From: an uncultured bacterium
GTDB lineage: Bacteria > Zhuqueibacterota > QNDG01 > DTFT01
DNA: 64,000 bases
Assembly: GCA_963736115.1 (NCBI GenBank)
Contig: CAVTNR010000014.1
Location: 96,001 to 160,000 of the forward strand
Direction: 5' to 3'
Shown here piece by piece: positions 1 to 9,508 of the stretch. The translations under genes were made by a program, and so were the position numbers. The number at the start of each line of letters is the position of its first letter. The stretch's first letter is position 1. The notes below the pieces were generated by a model that saw only the letters and a program-made list of their open reading frames with translations, made no database searches and was not told where the DNA came from.

Positions 1-119
1 CCCGGATCCCGCACGCATTCCCTGTAGGAAATCCATGGATGATGCAGCCTGCCGTAAACGGACAGGCCCGCGAGCAGTAGAATCCAATATCGTGTCGATC
101 CGAATCGGAAGTTTCTCAA
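1..119 (-). CDS. 5' part of a probable membrane/exported protein running off the left edge
   Basis: TTG start (119-117) after GGAGAG; open frame LRNFRFGSTRYWILLLAGLSVYG... to the window edge; promoter at 162-190. Confidence 0.4.
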   Translation of the reverse strand, partial: MRNFRFGSTRYWILLLAGLSVYGRLHHPWISYRECVRDP

Positions 120-161
120 GCCGTCTCTCCGGCTGTGATGTTTATCGTTTTCATGCCTGAT

Positions 162-190
162 AATATAGGACGTTTACGGGGCGGAAGCAA
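162..190 (-). promoter_or_regulatory. sigma70-type promoter (leftward)
   Basis: TTGCTT-N17-TATATT on the minus strand. Confidence 0.5.
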
Positions 191-200
191 TGCTTTTCCG

Positions 201-229
201 TTGACATTGGGACGAAAAACGTTTATTTT
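201..229 (+). promoter_or_regulatory. sigma70-type promoter
   Basis: TTGACA-N17-TATTTT upstream of ATG 263. Confidence 0.65.
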
Positions 230-262
230 GAATATCCGGCCACGCATGCACAAGAGGTCACA

Positions 263-742
263 ATGAAAATCGGCATTCTTTCTGATTCCCACGACAACCT
301 TCCTGCCATTGCCAAGGCAGTGAGCATATTCAACGACATGGAGGTCACCCATGTTCTGCACGCGGGCGATCTCGTGTCGCCGTTCACGTCCATACCCCTG
401 AAGACGCTCAACATGGAATTCACGGCCGTGTTCGGCAACAACGACGGCGAAAAAGTGGGATTGTCCAACGTGTTCCGCGGCCGCATTCACCGGGCCCCGT
501 ATGCCCTTGAAATCGGGGGGAAGAAGATACTCCTGATGCACGAGCCGGACGCTCTCGAAGCCCTGGTCGCGAGCGGGCATTATGACGCCGTGATCTACGG
601 TCACACCCATGAGCCCGTCATACGGCGAGGCAAGACTCTGGTGATCAACCCGGGCGAGTCCTGCGGCTGGCTCAAGGGAGACCGCACCATTGCTGTATGG
701 GATATAACGTCGGGGGATGCAGGGATTATGCCGCTGGCTTGA
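263..742 (+). CDS. metallophosphoesterase, YfcE/MJ0936 family
   Basis: Calcineurin-like motifs SDSH, HAGD, GNND, GHTH, INPG. Confidence 0.92.
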   Translation: MKIGILSDSHDNLPAIAKAVSIFNDMEVTHVLHAGDLVSPFTSIPLKTLNMEFTAVFGNNDGEKVGLSNVFRGRIHRAPYALEIGGKKILLMHEPDALEALVASGHYDAVIYGHTHEPVIRRGKTLVINPGESCGWLKGDRTIAVWDITSGDAGIMPLA

Positions 743-750
743 GGAAAAAA

Positions 751-838
751 GTTCATAGTTGATAGTTCATGGTTCATAGAAAAAGAGAATCCGTTTATCC
801 GACCCCATTTTATTAACCATGAACCATGAACCATGAAC
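751..838. repeat. inverted heptamer tandem repeat, copy 1
   Basis: (GTTCATA-like)x4 at 751-778 and the complementary (CATGAAC-like)x4 at 811-838. Confidence 0.85.
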
Positions 839-844
839 TAAAGT

Positions 845-880
845 AAAGCCCCCGGCTCCACGCCGAGGGCTTTTTGTTTT
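845..880. terminator. probable bidirectional intrinsic terminator
   Basis: AAAGCCC-c-CGGC/GCCG-a-GGGCTTT hairpin plus T tract, between convergent genes. Confidence 0.7.
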
Positions 881-914
881 CAGGAAATCCAACCGAACGA
901 AATATCCCGTCCGT

Positions 915-3900
915 TCACCTCACCAGCATCATCCGCTGCACCTTTTTCCATCCTTCAGCTTCTATGACCGCGAAGTACAGGCCTGAGGCCTCCCCGTCGG
1001 TGCGCCAGGCGACCTCGAACACGCCGGCGGCCTGGCGGCCGTCCACGAGCGTGGCCACCACCTGGCCCCGCAGGTTCAGGACGCGAAGCCGCACGGGACC
1101 GGGCCTGGGCAGACCGTATCGGATCGTGGTCTGCGGGTTGAACGGATTGGGGTAATTGCCGTACAGGGTGTAGCGGTCCGGAGGCGCTCCGATGCGCTCG
1201 GCATCCACGCCCGTGCCCAGAATGCGGATGTACAGCGTATCCGAGGCGGTCAGGCCGCCCCGGTCGCGTACCGTGAAAAGCACCCTGAAGTTTTTGTCGA
1301 CATTGAAGCCCAGGAAGGTCGCGGTGCCGGTTTTCTGGTGGATGGAGATGCCCACGCGCACGGAATCCAGAAGCCGCGAGGTCCAGAACAGGGACGTATC
1401 CGGATCGTCCGGATCCGTGATGTAATCGTTGAGAACCAATTGCCATTGCAGTGTCTCGGACAACCCGAACGAGGGATCCGGGAACGGCATGACGAACCTC
1501 GGCGGATCATTCACTGGACGGATCAGGACCGTGACCAAGAGGGTGTCGGAGAGACTGCCGTCGTTCACGATCACTGAAAAGGTCGCGGTCGGCGGGACGT
1601 TCACGGGAACGCCCGAAAGCATGGGTCCGGATGCGGTCAGCCAGGCAGGGACATCCGTGAAGCGTATCGAATAGTGAGGGCCGTCCACGTCGAATGCGGT
1701 CGCGGTGTATGAAAAAACCTGGTTCTCGAAGGCCTCGGCCGTGTCCGGGGACGTGACGCGGGGCGGATCATTGACCGGTTGGACCCGGATGAAAACACGC
1801 ATTGAATCGGACGCGTTCCGGCTGTCCGTCACAGCCAGTACGAAGCAGGTATCCACCGCGTTTTCGGGGATCATGCCCGTTGCCGTGCTGTCCGAGGCCC
1901 TGAGCCAGGAGGGAAGGCGGTGGAAAGTGAAACGGAACGTGTCCGCTTCCGGATCCGATGCGCGGGCCGTGTAGATGAAACGGACATCCTCGACAGCCGT
2001 GACAGTGTCCGGGCACGCGAACACCGGCGGGTCATTGACCGGCGTGACCGTCACGGTGACGATGCGTTCGGATGCCAGGCTGCCGTCTGACGCGACGATT
2101 TTGAAGGTGAACGTGACCGGTCCGTTCTCTGGCGGTGTTCCGGAAACAACGGCTCCGGCATGGTTCAGCCAGGCAGGATGGTCGACGAAATCCCAGACAA
2201 TGGATGTGCCTTCGGGATCCGTTCCTGCAGCTGTGTAGGAAAAGATCTGATGCTCCACGGCCGCGGCCGTGGCCGGAGAGGTGATCACCGGGGCATCATT
2301 GACCAGCGTGACCGTCACGGTGACCGTGCGTTCGGCTGACAGTGCGCCGTCCGATGCGACGATTTTAAATGTGAAGGACGCAGGCACGCCTTCAGGCGGA
2401 GTCCCGGAAAGAACCGCTCCTGTATGGCTCAGCCAGGCTGGATGGTCCGTGAAATCCCAGGCAATGGCCGTTCCTTCGGGGTCCGTTCCTGCCGCGGTGT
2501 ATGAGAAGGCCTGATGCTCGGTTGCCGCGGCCGTGGCGGCCGAGGTGACGACCGGCGGATCATTGACAGCCGTGACGGTTACGGTGACGACACGTTCAGC
2601 CGCGAGTGCGCCGTCCGATGCGACGATCTTGAAGGTGAACGTGACAGGCCCGTTTTCAGGCGGGGTTCCGGAAATGACGGCTCCGGCGTGGCTCAGCCAG
2701 GCGGGATGGTCGACAAAATCCCAGACAATGGCTGTGCCTTCGGGATCCGTCGCGGCCGCGGTGTAGGAGAAGGCCTGATGCTCGGTCGCAGCGGCCGTGG
2801 CGGGCGAAGTGATGACCGGAGCATCATTGACCCGGGTGACGTTTACCGTGACCGTGCGTTCGGATGCCAGTGCGCCGTCCGACGCGACGATTTTAAAGGT
2901 GAACGACGCGGGGACACCTTCAGGCGGTGTCCCGGAAATGATCGCGCCTGTGTGGCTCAGCCACGCGGGATGGTCCACGAAATCCCAGACAATGGCCGTG
3001 CCTTCGGGATCCGTCGCGGCCGCGGTGTAGGAGAAGGCCTGATGCTCGGTTGCCGCGGCCGTGGCCGGGGACGAGATGACCGGTGGATCATTGACCCGGG
3101 TGACGTTTACAGTGACCGTTCGTTCGGCTGCCAGTGCGCCGTCCGAGGCGACGATTTTGAATGTGAAGGATGCGGGGACGCCTTCAGGCGGTGTTCCCGA
3201 AATGACGGCTCCGGTGTGGCTCAGCCAGGCGGGATGGTCCACGAAATCCCAGACAATGGCCGTGCCCTCGGGATCCGTTGCGGCCGCGGTGTAGGAGAAG
3301 GCCTGATGCTCGGTTGCCGCGGCCGTGGCCGGGGAAGAGATGACCGGCGGATCATTGACCGGCGTGACGTTCACGGTGACGACTTTGGAACTGGTCACGA
3401 ATCCGTCCGTGACATTGATCCGGAATGTGTGACCGCCGCCGGCGCCCTCTCCCGGCGTGCCGCTGATCACCGCTCCAGTGAAAGACATCCAGGCCGGATA
3501 GTCCTGGAACGAGAACGTGAGCGCGTCGCCGTCCTCATCCACGGCTGTGGCCGTGTATGTGAATGTCTGGTGCTCGATCGCGGCCGCGGTGGCGCCCGAC
3601 GTGATCACGGGCGCCTCATTGACCTGGTTCACGAGAACCGACACCTGTTTGGTGTCCGTCAGTGTTCCGTCGCTCGCGATCAGTGTGAATGTGCCGTTGG
3701 GCGTGCCATTGGCGGGTGTGCCCGAAACCTGATTGGGGCCCGAAACGGCGAGCCAGGCGGGCAGGTTGCGGAATTCAAATGTGACCGGGTCGTTTTCCGG
3801 ATCGGATGCGGTCGCCGTATAGGTGAAAAGGACTTTTTCCGTGGCGATCGCGCCGAGCGGCGATGTGATGACAGGCGCGTCGTTGACCTGCTGGACTGTC

Positions 3901-6900
3901 ACAGTCACGTTCCGCGTGGATGTGAAAATGCCGTCGGAGACGCTGATGGTGAAGGACCCGCTGTGGTCCTGCTCGCCCGGCGTGCCGGAAACGGTCGCGC
4001 CCGCGGACGTGAGCCATGGAGAAGCGTTCAGGATCTGGAAGGTGAGGACATCCCCGTCCGCGTCGGTCGCGGTCGCCGTATAGGAGAAGGGCGCGTCCTC
4101 GGTCGCCGAGGCCGTTGCCGGGGACGTGATCTGCGGGGCGCTGATCTGAACCGTGAAGGTCCATTCAGCGGAAGTGCGGACGTTTCCCGCGACATCGTAG
4201 GCCAGGACCTTCCAATTATGCGTCCCGTTCGCCAGCGCGTCCGTCAGCGTGAGCGTCGTGTCGGTGAGCCCGAGGAATCCGACCTTGAGGACGCCGTCGA
4301 GGTAGAATTCGAATTTCCAGAATTGGGACCGGCTGTCCGAAGTGGAATGCCAGCGGTAGGACGGCTTGTTGGTGTGTACGGTGCTCCCGGCCGCGGGCGC
4401 GATCAGGGTGAAAGGGGCCGGCGGCGTGGCGTCGCTGTTGAACCCCCACTGGGCCGAGTTCTCCCCGTTTCCCGCCCGGTCCAGAGCCCGGACGAACCAT
4501 GTGTGACTGCCGTCCGCGAGCGGAGCCGTCAGCGTGGCGGTGGTTCCCGTGATGCCCGAGACCTGAACCGACCCGTCTACATAGAGCTGATAGGACTGGA
4601 TGCCGGAGCGGGCATCCGTGGCCGCGTTCCAGGTGAAGGTCGGCAGGGCCTGATTCACCCAGTTCCCGTTGGCCGGCGAGACCGGCACGGGCGCGGTGGG
4701 CTTGGTCGCATCCACGCCGATGATACGGGCCGCAGTCGAGGTTCTGACGTTGCCCGCATTATCGAAGGCGCGGACGCTCCAGGTATACGACCCCTCCGCC
4801 AGGGCCTGGGCGTCCGTGAGCGTCACCGATGTCGAAGACGGCGGAATATTGTCCACCCGTACGGCGCCGTTCACGATCAGCTGATGCTTGGCAAGCCCGC
4901 TGCCCGCGTCGGACGAAGCGGCCCAGGTTAAAACCGGCGTGGTATCCGCGGTCCACGCTTCGTTCGCGGGTGACACGAGCGTGAAGGCCGCGGGCTTCAC
5001 CGAATCGGCCTTGACCGTCCAGGTCTGGGTGGATTTCCGGACATTCCCCGCGTTGTCCACGGCATTGACGTACCAGGTGTGGGTTCCCATGGTCAGGGCG
5101 ACGGAAGACGTGGATGTCGTACCGGACGGGATGTTGTCCAGTTTGAGCAAATTGTCCACGAACAGCTGGTATTTGCCGAGGCCGGCAATGCCCACGTCGG
5201 TCGTGGCCTGCCATTGAAAGACCGGATTGGCCGTCACGACCCACTGATTGTCCGCCGGGGCCGTCAGACTGAACGCATTCGGCGCGCTCTGGTCGTCCGA
5301 CGTGTTGATGCGCCAGGTCTGGCTTGCTGTCCGGACATTCCCGGCCACGTCCACGGCCTTGATGGTCCAGGTATGGAGTCCGTTCGACAGCTTCTGGCCC
5401 TCCGTGAGCGTGCTGGAGGTGGTCGTCAGGTTGTCCAACAGCAGATTCGAGTCCACCCACAGCTCATAATGGAATCCGCCGGAGAGGTTGTCCGAGGTGG
5501 CCTGCCATGTGAAGGTCGGCGTCGGGTCGTCCGACGCGTTGTCCGCGGGAGAGACCAGGTTGAACGCGGCGGGCGGCGTTGAGTCGATGATGAACAGCGG
5601 CGAGAGGAATTCGTCCGCGACCAGCCCCTTGTCGTTGACCGCCTGGATCTTCAGGCGGACATTCTCGCTGTTCACGGTGGAGGGTGTCCAGGACAGGCTG
5701 ACGGCCGACTTGGATACGTTCGTGTTCACGGTCACGGGATAGTTGTCCCCGGGCGTGACCGAAGCCTTCACCGCCAGGTGATGGAACAGGCCGGACGTGA
5801 ACCGGTTGGTCCATGTGATCGTGTGGGCCTGGTCGCCCCGCCACCGTTCGCCCGCGGCTGGAGCGGTGAAGGCGATCACGTCGTTGACCAGCAGTCCATA
5901 AACATCCGCTTTTCCGGCGGTCCGGCCGTCCTGCCACACCGTGATCATTCCGCCGGAACCGTCGGACACGGCGGTCTGGTTCTGCTGGCTGCCGGTCCGG
6001 GTGACGATCGGGAGGCCCCGGTCGCCCCACTGGCGGGCGCCGTTTCCGTTGATCCGCTGGGCGAAGAGTTCGATGTCGGATCCGGTTTCATTGTCGTTCC
6101 AGACGACGATCGCGCCCTGGGATCCGTCGGGCACGGCCTCGGGCGAGTATTGGAGCCCGGCGGACGCGTTGACTACCACGCCGTCCGCGGTCCACTGGAC
6201 GGCGCCGGCCGCGCTTACGCGCTGGGCGTAAATATCGTATCCCGTCCGGTTGTCGCACCACGTCACGACCGCGCCGCCCAGACCGTCCCCCGTGATCCGG
6301 CTGGTATACTGCGCGTTCACGGCCGCGCACACGGCGACGCCGTTTCCGGTCCAGCCCAGGCCTCCGGATACGTCCACGGCCTGCGTATAGATATCCGAAG
6401 ATGCGCCCCTGGAATCATCCCAGCAGACGACCCATCGTGTGCCGGACAACGCGATGCGGGGCGTCATCTGGTTTCCGGCCGCGTCGCAGAGGACTTTTCC
6501 GTTGGAAACGAAAACAGCGGAACCGGAGGCATTGATGCGTTGAACGTAGATGTCGTAATTTGTCAGGGACTGCCGGTTGTCCTGCCAGACAATCATCACT
6601 CCGCCCGCGTTGTCCAATGTGACGCTGTGCGAGGACTGGGAGTTGACGGCCGTGCACACGGCCACGTCATTGGCGTCCCATTGTTTGACGCCGGACGCGT
6701 TCATGCGCTGGGCGTAGAGGTCAGGCGATGAACCGTTGCGTTTGTCCTGCCAGACGACGATCACGCCGCCGGCCCCGTCCGATTCGGCCCTGGGCTGGGA
6801 CTGCTCGCCGGTCTTGTTGCAGAGGGATATCCCATCCGTTCCCCACAGTTTCGCGCCGGAGGAATCGAGACGCTGGATGAACAGATCGCCTGAGAGCGTG

Positions 6901-7265
6901 TCCTCCCAAGCCGCATAAACGCCCCCGGATCCGTCCGCCGCGAGCGTGGCGTAACGCTGGTTTCCGGCCGCGCTGATCACGGCGACACCCGTGCCCCAGC
7001 GGAGCGCGCCGGAGGCGTCCAGCCAGTTTATATAGATATCCTTATCCACGGCGGGCCGCACTTCCCAGGCAAAAAATACGCCTCCATGACCGTCCGGAAC
7101 CGCCGCGACATGCGCTGTGGAAACGCCGGTTGAACCGAGAAATTGACCGTCTTCTGTCCATTGAGTTTGCGCCTGCAGAATACGGGGTGTTGACCAGGAG
7201 AGGATGAAGAGGACGAACAGTGTCCGATTGATCCCTCTGGATTGAAATTTTGTCACGGCTGTCAT
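915..7265 (-). CDS. large secreted repeat protein: beta-propeller-like N-terminus, FN3/Ig-like domains, cadherin-like/putative Ig repeats, T9SS-type C-terminal sorting domain
   Basis: Signal peptide; repeated WxDxR...DIYAQR blades; 'PTFTW' ~95-aa modules; VNDPP/VNDAP repeats; C-terminal NYPNPFNP...ASGLYF...RMMLVR. Confidence 0.88.
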   Translation of the reverse strand: MTAVTKFQSRGINRTLFVLFILSWSTPRILQAQTQWTEDGQFLGSTGVSTAHVAAVPDGHGGVFFAWEVRPAVDKDIYINWLDASGALRWGTGVAVISAAGNQRYATLAADGSGGVYAAWEDTLSGDLFIQRLDSSGAKLWGTDGISLCNKTGEQSQPRAESDGAGGVIVVWQDKRNGSSPDLYAQRMNASGVKQWDANDVAVCTAVNSQSSHSVTLDNAGGVMIVWQDNRQSLTNYDIYVQRINASGSAVFVSNGKVLCDAAGNQMTPRIALSGTRWVVCWDDSRGASSDIYTQAVDVSGGLGWTGNGVAVCAAVNAQYTSRITGDGLGGAVVTWCDNRTGYDIYAQRVSAAGAVQWTADGVVVNASAGLQYSPEAVPDGSQGAIVVWNDNETGSDIELFAQRINGNGARQWGDRGLPIVTRTGSQQNQTAVSDGSGGMITVWQDGRTAGKADVYGLLVNDVIAFTAPAAGERWRGDQAHTITWTNRFTSGLFHHLAVKASVTPGDNYPVTVNTNVSKSAVSLSWTPSTVNSENVRLKIQAVNDKGLVADEFLSPLFIIDSTPPAAFNLVSPADNASDDPTPTFTWQATSDNLSGGFHYELWVDSNLLLDNLTTTSSTLTEGQKLSNGLHTWTIKAVDVAGNVRTASQTWRINTSDDQSAPNAFSLTAPADNQWVVTANPVFQWQATTDVGIAGLGKYQLFVDNLLKLDNIPSGTTSTSSVALTMGTHTWYVNAVDNAGNVRKSTQTWTVKADSVKPAAFTLVSPANEAWTADTTPVLTWAASSDAGSGLAKHQLIVNGAVRVDNIPPSSTSVTLTDAQALAEGSYTWSVRAFDNAGNVRTSTAARIIGVDATKPTAPVPVSPANGNWVNQALPTFTWNAATDARSGIQSYQLYVDGSVQVSGITGTTATLTAPLADGSHTWFVRALDRAGNGENSAQWGFNSDATPPAPFTLIAPAAGSTVHTNKPSYRWHSTSDSRSQFWKFEFYLDGVLKVGFLGLTDTTLTLTDALANGTHNWKVLAYDVAGNVRTSAEWTFTVQISAPQITSPATASATEDAPFSYTATATDADGDVLTFQILNASPWLTSAGATVSGTPGEQDHSGSFTISVSDGIFTSTRNVTVTVQQVNDAPVITSPLGAIATEKVLFTYTATASDPENDPVTFEFRNLPAWLAVSGPNQVSGTPANGTPNGTFTLIASDGTLTDTKQVSVLVNQVNEAPVITSGATAAAIEHQTFTYTATAVDEDGDALTFSFQDYPAWMSFTGAVISGTPGEGAGGGHTFRINVTDGFVTSSKVVTVNVTPVNDPPVISSPATAAATEHQAFSYTAAATDPEGTAIVWDFVDHPAWLSHTGAVISGTPPEGVPASFTFKIVASDGALAAERTVTVNVTRVNDPPVISSPATAAATEHQAFSYTAAATDPEGTAIVWDFVDHPAWLSHTGAIISGTPPEGVPASFTFKIVASDGALASERTVTVNVTRVNDAPVITSPATAAATEHQAFSYTAAATDPEGTAIVWDFVDHPAWLSHAGAVISGTPPENGPVTFTFKIVASDGALAAERVVTVTVTAVNDPPVVTSAATAAATEHQAFSYTAAGTDPEGTAIAWDFTDHPAWLSHTGAVLSGTPPEGVPASFTFKIVASDGALSAERTVTVTVTLVNDAPVITSPATAAAVEHQIFSYTAAGTDPEGTSIVWDFVDHPAWLNHAGAVVSGTPPENGPVTFTFKIVASDGSLASERIVTVTVTPVNDPPVFACPDTVTAVEDVRFIYTARASDPEADTFRFTFHRLPSWLRASDSTATGMIPENAVDTCFVLAVTDSRNASDSMRVFIRVQPVNDPPRVTSPDTAEAFENQVFSYTATAFDVDGPHYSIRFTDVPAWLTASGPMLSGVPVNVPPTATFSVIVNDGSLSDTLLVTVLIRPVNDPPRFVMPFPDPSFGLSETLQWQLVLNDYITDPDDPDTSLFWTSRLLDSVRVGISIHQKTGTATFLGFNVDKNFRVLFTVRDRGGLTASDTLYIRILGTGVDAERIGAPPDRYTLYGNYPNPFNPQTTIRYGLPRPGPVRLRVLNLRGQVVATLVDGRQAAGVFEVAWRTDGEASGLYFAVIEAEGWKKVQRMMLVR
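2041..3360 (-). repeat. five intragenic 264-bp (88-aa) tandem repeats
   Basis: TCATTGAC (VND codons) recurs at 2032, 2296, 2560, 2824, 3088 and 3352; units are highly similar at DNA level. Confidence 0.9.
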
Positions 7266-7324
7266 GGGCGTGAATCCCCTAATTGCATATTTTTCAATAA
7301 AGAGATTAATCCATATGATTTATA

Positions 7325-7340
7325 TGCAAATTGCATACCA
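7325..7340 (-). promoter_or_regulatory. sigma54 (-24/-12) promoter for the large secreted protein
   Basis: TGGTATGCAATTTGCA, exact GG-N10-GC spacing, ~60 nt upstream of ATG 7265 in AT-rich DNA. Confidence 0.6.
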
Positions 7341-7406
7341 TATCCGTAACTCAATACGAATTAATGGATTGATACGCCTGAGTCCGGCTGGACAGGGATA
7401 ATTTGG

Positions 7407-7435
7407 TTGACTAAGTGCCTAAAATTGTTTATTTT
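7407..7435 (+). promoter_or_regulatory. sigma70-type promoter of the porX operon
   Basis: TTGACT-N17-TATTTT. Confidence 0.6.
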
Positions 7436-7467
7436 TTCCTTTCATTCTTTTCTGAAAGATTAAAAAA

Positions 7468-9042
7468 ATCAAAAACACGCAAAAAATCCGCGGTAAGATT
7501 CTCTGGGCCGACGATGAAATCGACATGCTGAAGCCCCATATTCTCTTTCTGGAAGAGAGGGGGTATGATGTCACGCCCGTCACCAATGCCGAGGATGCCC
7601 TGAGCCTCACCCGGCAGGAGCGGTTCGACATCATCCTGCTCGATGAAATGATGCCCGGCATGGACGGACTGCAGGCGCTCCGTCTGCTCAAGGAAAATGC
7701 GCCCTCCATCCCCGTGGTCATGATCACGAAGAGCGAGGAGGAGAACCTGATGAATGAGGCGATCGGCGGTCAGATTGAGGAATACCTGACCAAGCCGGTC
7801 AATCCCAGTCAGGTTTTCTCCTCTTGCATGAGGATTCTGGAGAAACAGAAGATATCCGGGGAGAAACTGACCCGGGATTACACGGCCGAATTCAGCGAAA
7901 TCGCCTCCCTTATGGACGGCCCGATTCCGGCCGAAGGCTGGATGAACATCCACCTGAAGCTGTGCGAACGTGAACTCGATCTGGACGAGCATCCCGACCT
8001 GGGGCTCCGCCAGACCCTGCAGGACCAGAGGCGTGAATGCAACGCCGCCTTCAGCCGTTTTGTAGAGGAGCAATATGCGTCCTGGGTGCGTTCGCAGCCG
8101 GACAACCGGCCGGTCCTTTCCTCGGACGTGATCCGCAAATCCGTCCTTCCTCTCCTTTCCGGAGATCGTCCAGTTCTCTTCGTGGTTGTGGACAACCTGC
8201 GGCTTGATCAGTGGCTGGCCATCGAACCCCTGATGTATCCTTTCTTCTCCATCCGCCGGGAACTGTACTTCTCGATACTGCCGACGGCGACGCCCTATTC
8301 GAGAAACAGCCTGTTCGCGGGCTGTTTTCCGGCCGAGATCGAAACCCGGTTTCCCGATTTCTGGCGGGACGGCGAGGACGATGAATCGAGCCGGAATCGG
8401 CACGAGCACCAGCTGCTTGATGCCCAGCTCGCCCGGCTGGGCGTCAAGCTTCGGCAGGAACTCCGCTACACCAAAATCATGGATTCCGAGGAAGCCTGGA
8501 ACACCGCGAAACACGCCCAGTCGCTTTTTAGCTCGCCCCTGACCGCGCTTGTGTTCAATTTTGTGGACCTGCTCGCGCACAAGCGGAGCGGCTCCGACAT
8601 CCTCAGGGAAATCGTTCCCGACGAATCGGCGTATCGCTCCCTGACGCGTACATGGTTCGAGCATTCGGCGCTCTTCCAGATTCTCCGGGCCGCGTCGGAA
8701 TCCGGGGTCCGTGTCGTCCTGACGTCGGACCATGGCTCGCTCAGGACCATGCGCGGCGCCACGGTTTATGCCGACAAGGAGACATCCACCAACGTGCGGT
8801 ACAAAATCGGGCGCGCCATCAAATGCGATCCGAAACAGGCCATTTCCCTGAAGGATCCCGGGAAATTCGGCCTTCCGGCCCGGGGCATCAGCGCCAATTA
8901 CCTGCTCGCCCGGGAGGACTACTACTTCGTTTATCCGACCAATTACCACAAGTACCTGTCGCTGTACCGCGACAGCTTCCAGCACGGAGGCGTGTCCCTC
9001 GAGGAAATGGTGCTTCCGCTGGTGACTCTGACGGAACGGTGA
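7468..9042 (+). CDS. porX: PorX-type response regulator (receiver + PglZ/alkaline-phosphatase-like domain); start uncertain and non-canonical
   Basis: KILWADDEIDMLKPHILFLE receiver start, LLDEMMPG, SILPTATPYSRN, TSDHG, FQHGGVSLEEM; followed by tsaE as in Bacteroidota. No ATG/GTG/TTG between the in-frame TGA at 7453 and the conserved motif. Confidence 0.88.
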   Translation: MKNTQKIRGKILWADDEIDMLKPHILFLEERGYDVTPVTNAEDALSLTRQERFDIILLDEMMPGMDGLQALRLLKENAPSIPVVMITKSEEENLMNEAIGGQIEEYLTKPVNPSQVFSSCMRILEKQKISGEKLTRDYTAEFSEIASLMDGPIPAEGWMNIHLKLCERELDLDEHPDLGLRQTLQDQRRECNAAFSRFVEEQYASWVRSQPDNRPVLSSDVIRKSVLPLLSGDRPVLFVVVDNLRLDQWLAIEPLMYPFFSIRRELYFSILPTATPYSRNSLFAGCFPAEIETRFPDFWRDGEDDESSRNRHEHQLLDAQLARLGVKLRQELRYTKIMDSEEAWNTAKHAQSLFSSPLTALVFNFVDLLAHKRSGSDILREIVPDESAYRSLTRTWFEHSALFQILRAASESGVRVVLTSDHGSLRTMRGATVYADKETSTNVRYKIGRAIKCDPKQAISLKDPGKFGLPARGISANYLLAREDYYFVYPTNYHKYLSLYRDSFQHGGVSLEEMVLPLVTLTER

Positions 9043-9046
9043 ACGG

Positions 9047-9508
9047 ATGGCCGGTCCGGAGCTGATTGGGTCGGAGAGCCGCGAGGATACGCTGAAAGCC
9101 GGGGAGGCGTTTTCGAAGCGGCTGGTTCCCGGCGATGTGGTCGCGCTGAACGGTGAGCTGGGCAGCGGAAAAACGGTGTTCATCCAGGGGGTGTGCGCCG
9201 GCCTGGGGGTTCGGGAAACCGTCACCAGTCCGACCTTCACCCTCCTTCAGGAATACACGGGTCGGCTCAGGGTTTTTCATTTCGATTTCTACCGGCTGGA
9301 ATCGGTTGAGGCTGTCGCGGCGCTCGATTTGACGGCCGCGTTCGAGGGCGGAGGGGTCTGTCTCATCGAGTGGGCCGAACGGGGCCGGCCGCTGCTTCCT
9401 TCGGACCGTTTCGAAGTGGAACTCGACCCCGTTTTCGAGAGCGGCCAGCCGTGCCCGGACAAGCGCCGTATCCGCATCCTTGCCCCTGCCGGCCGGGAGG
9501 CTGTCTGA
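9047..9508 (+). CDS. tsaE: tRNA t6A biosynthesis ATPase TsaE
   Basis: GELGSGKT, VTSPTFTL, HFDFYRL, IEWAE. Confidence 0.95.
   Translation: MAGPELIGSESREDTLKAGEAFSKRLVPGDVVALNGELGSGKTVFIQGVCAGLGVRETVTSPTFTLLQEYTGRLRVFHFDFYRLESVEAVAALDLTAAFEGGGVCLIEWAERGRPLLPSDRFEVELDPVFESGQPCPDKRRIRILAPAGREAV

Noticed and set aside
2514-4931. 805-aa plus-strand ORF, and similar long ORFs such as 31981-34467, 7429-9240, 39277-41085 and 41657-43420
   Set aside because: They are antisense shadows of well-supported genes in GC-rich DNA and carry no recognisable motifs.
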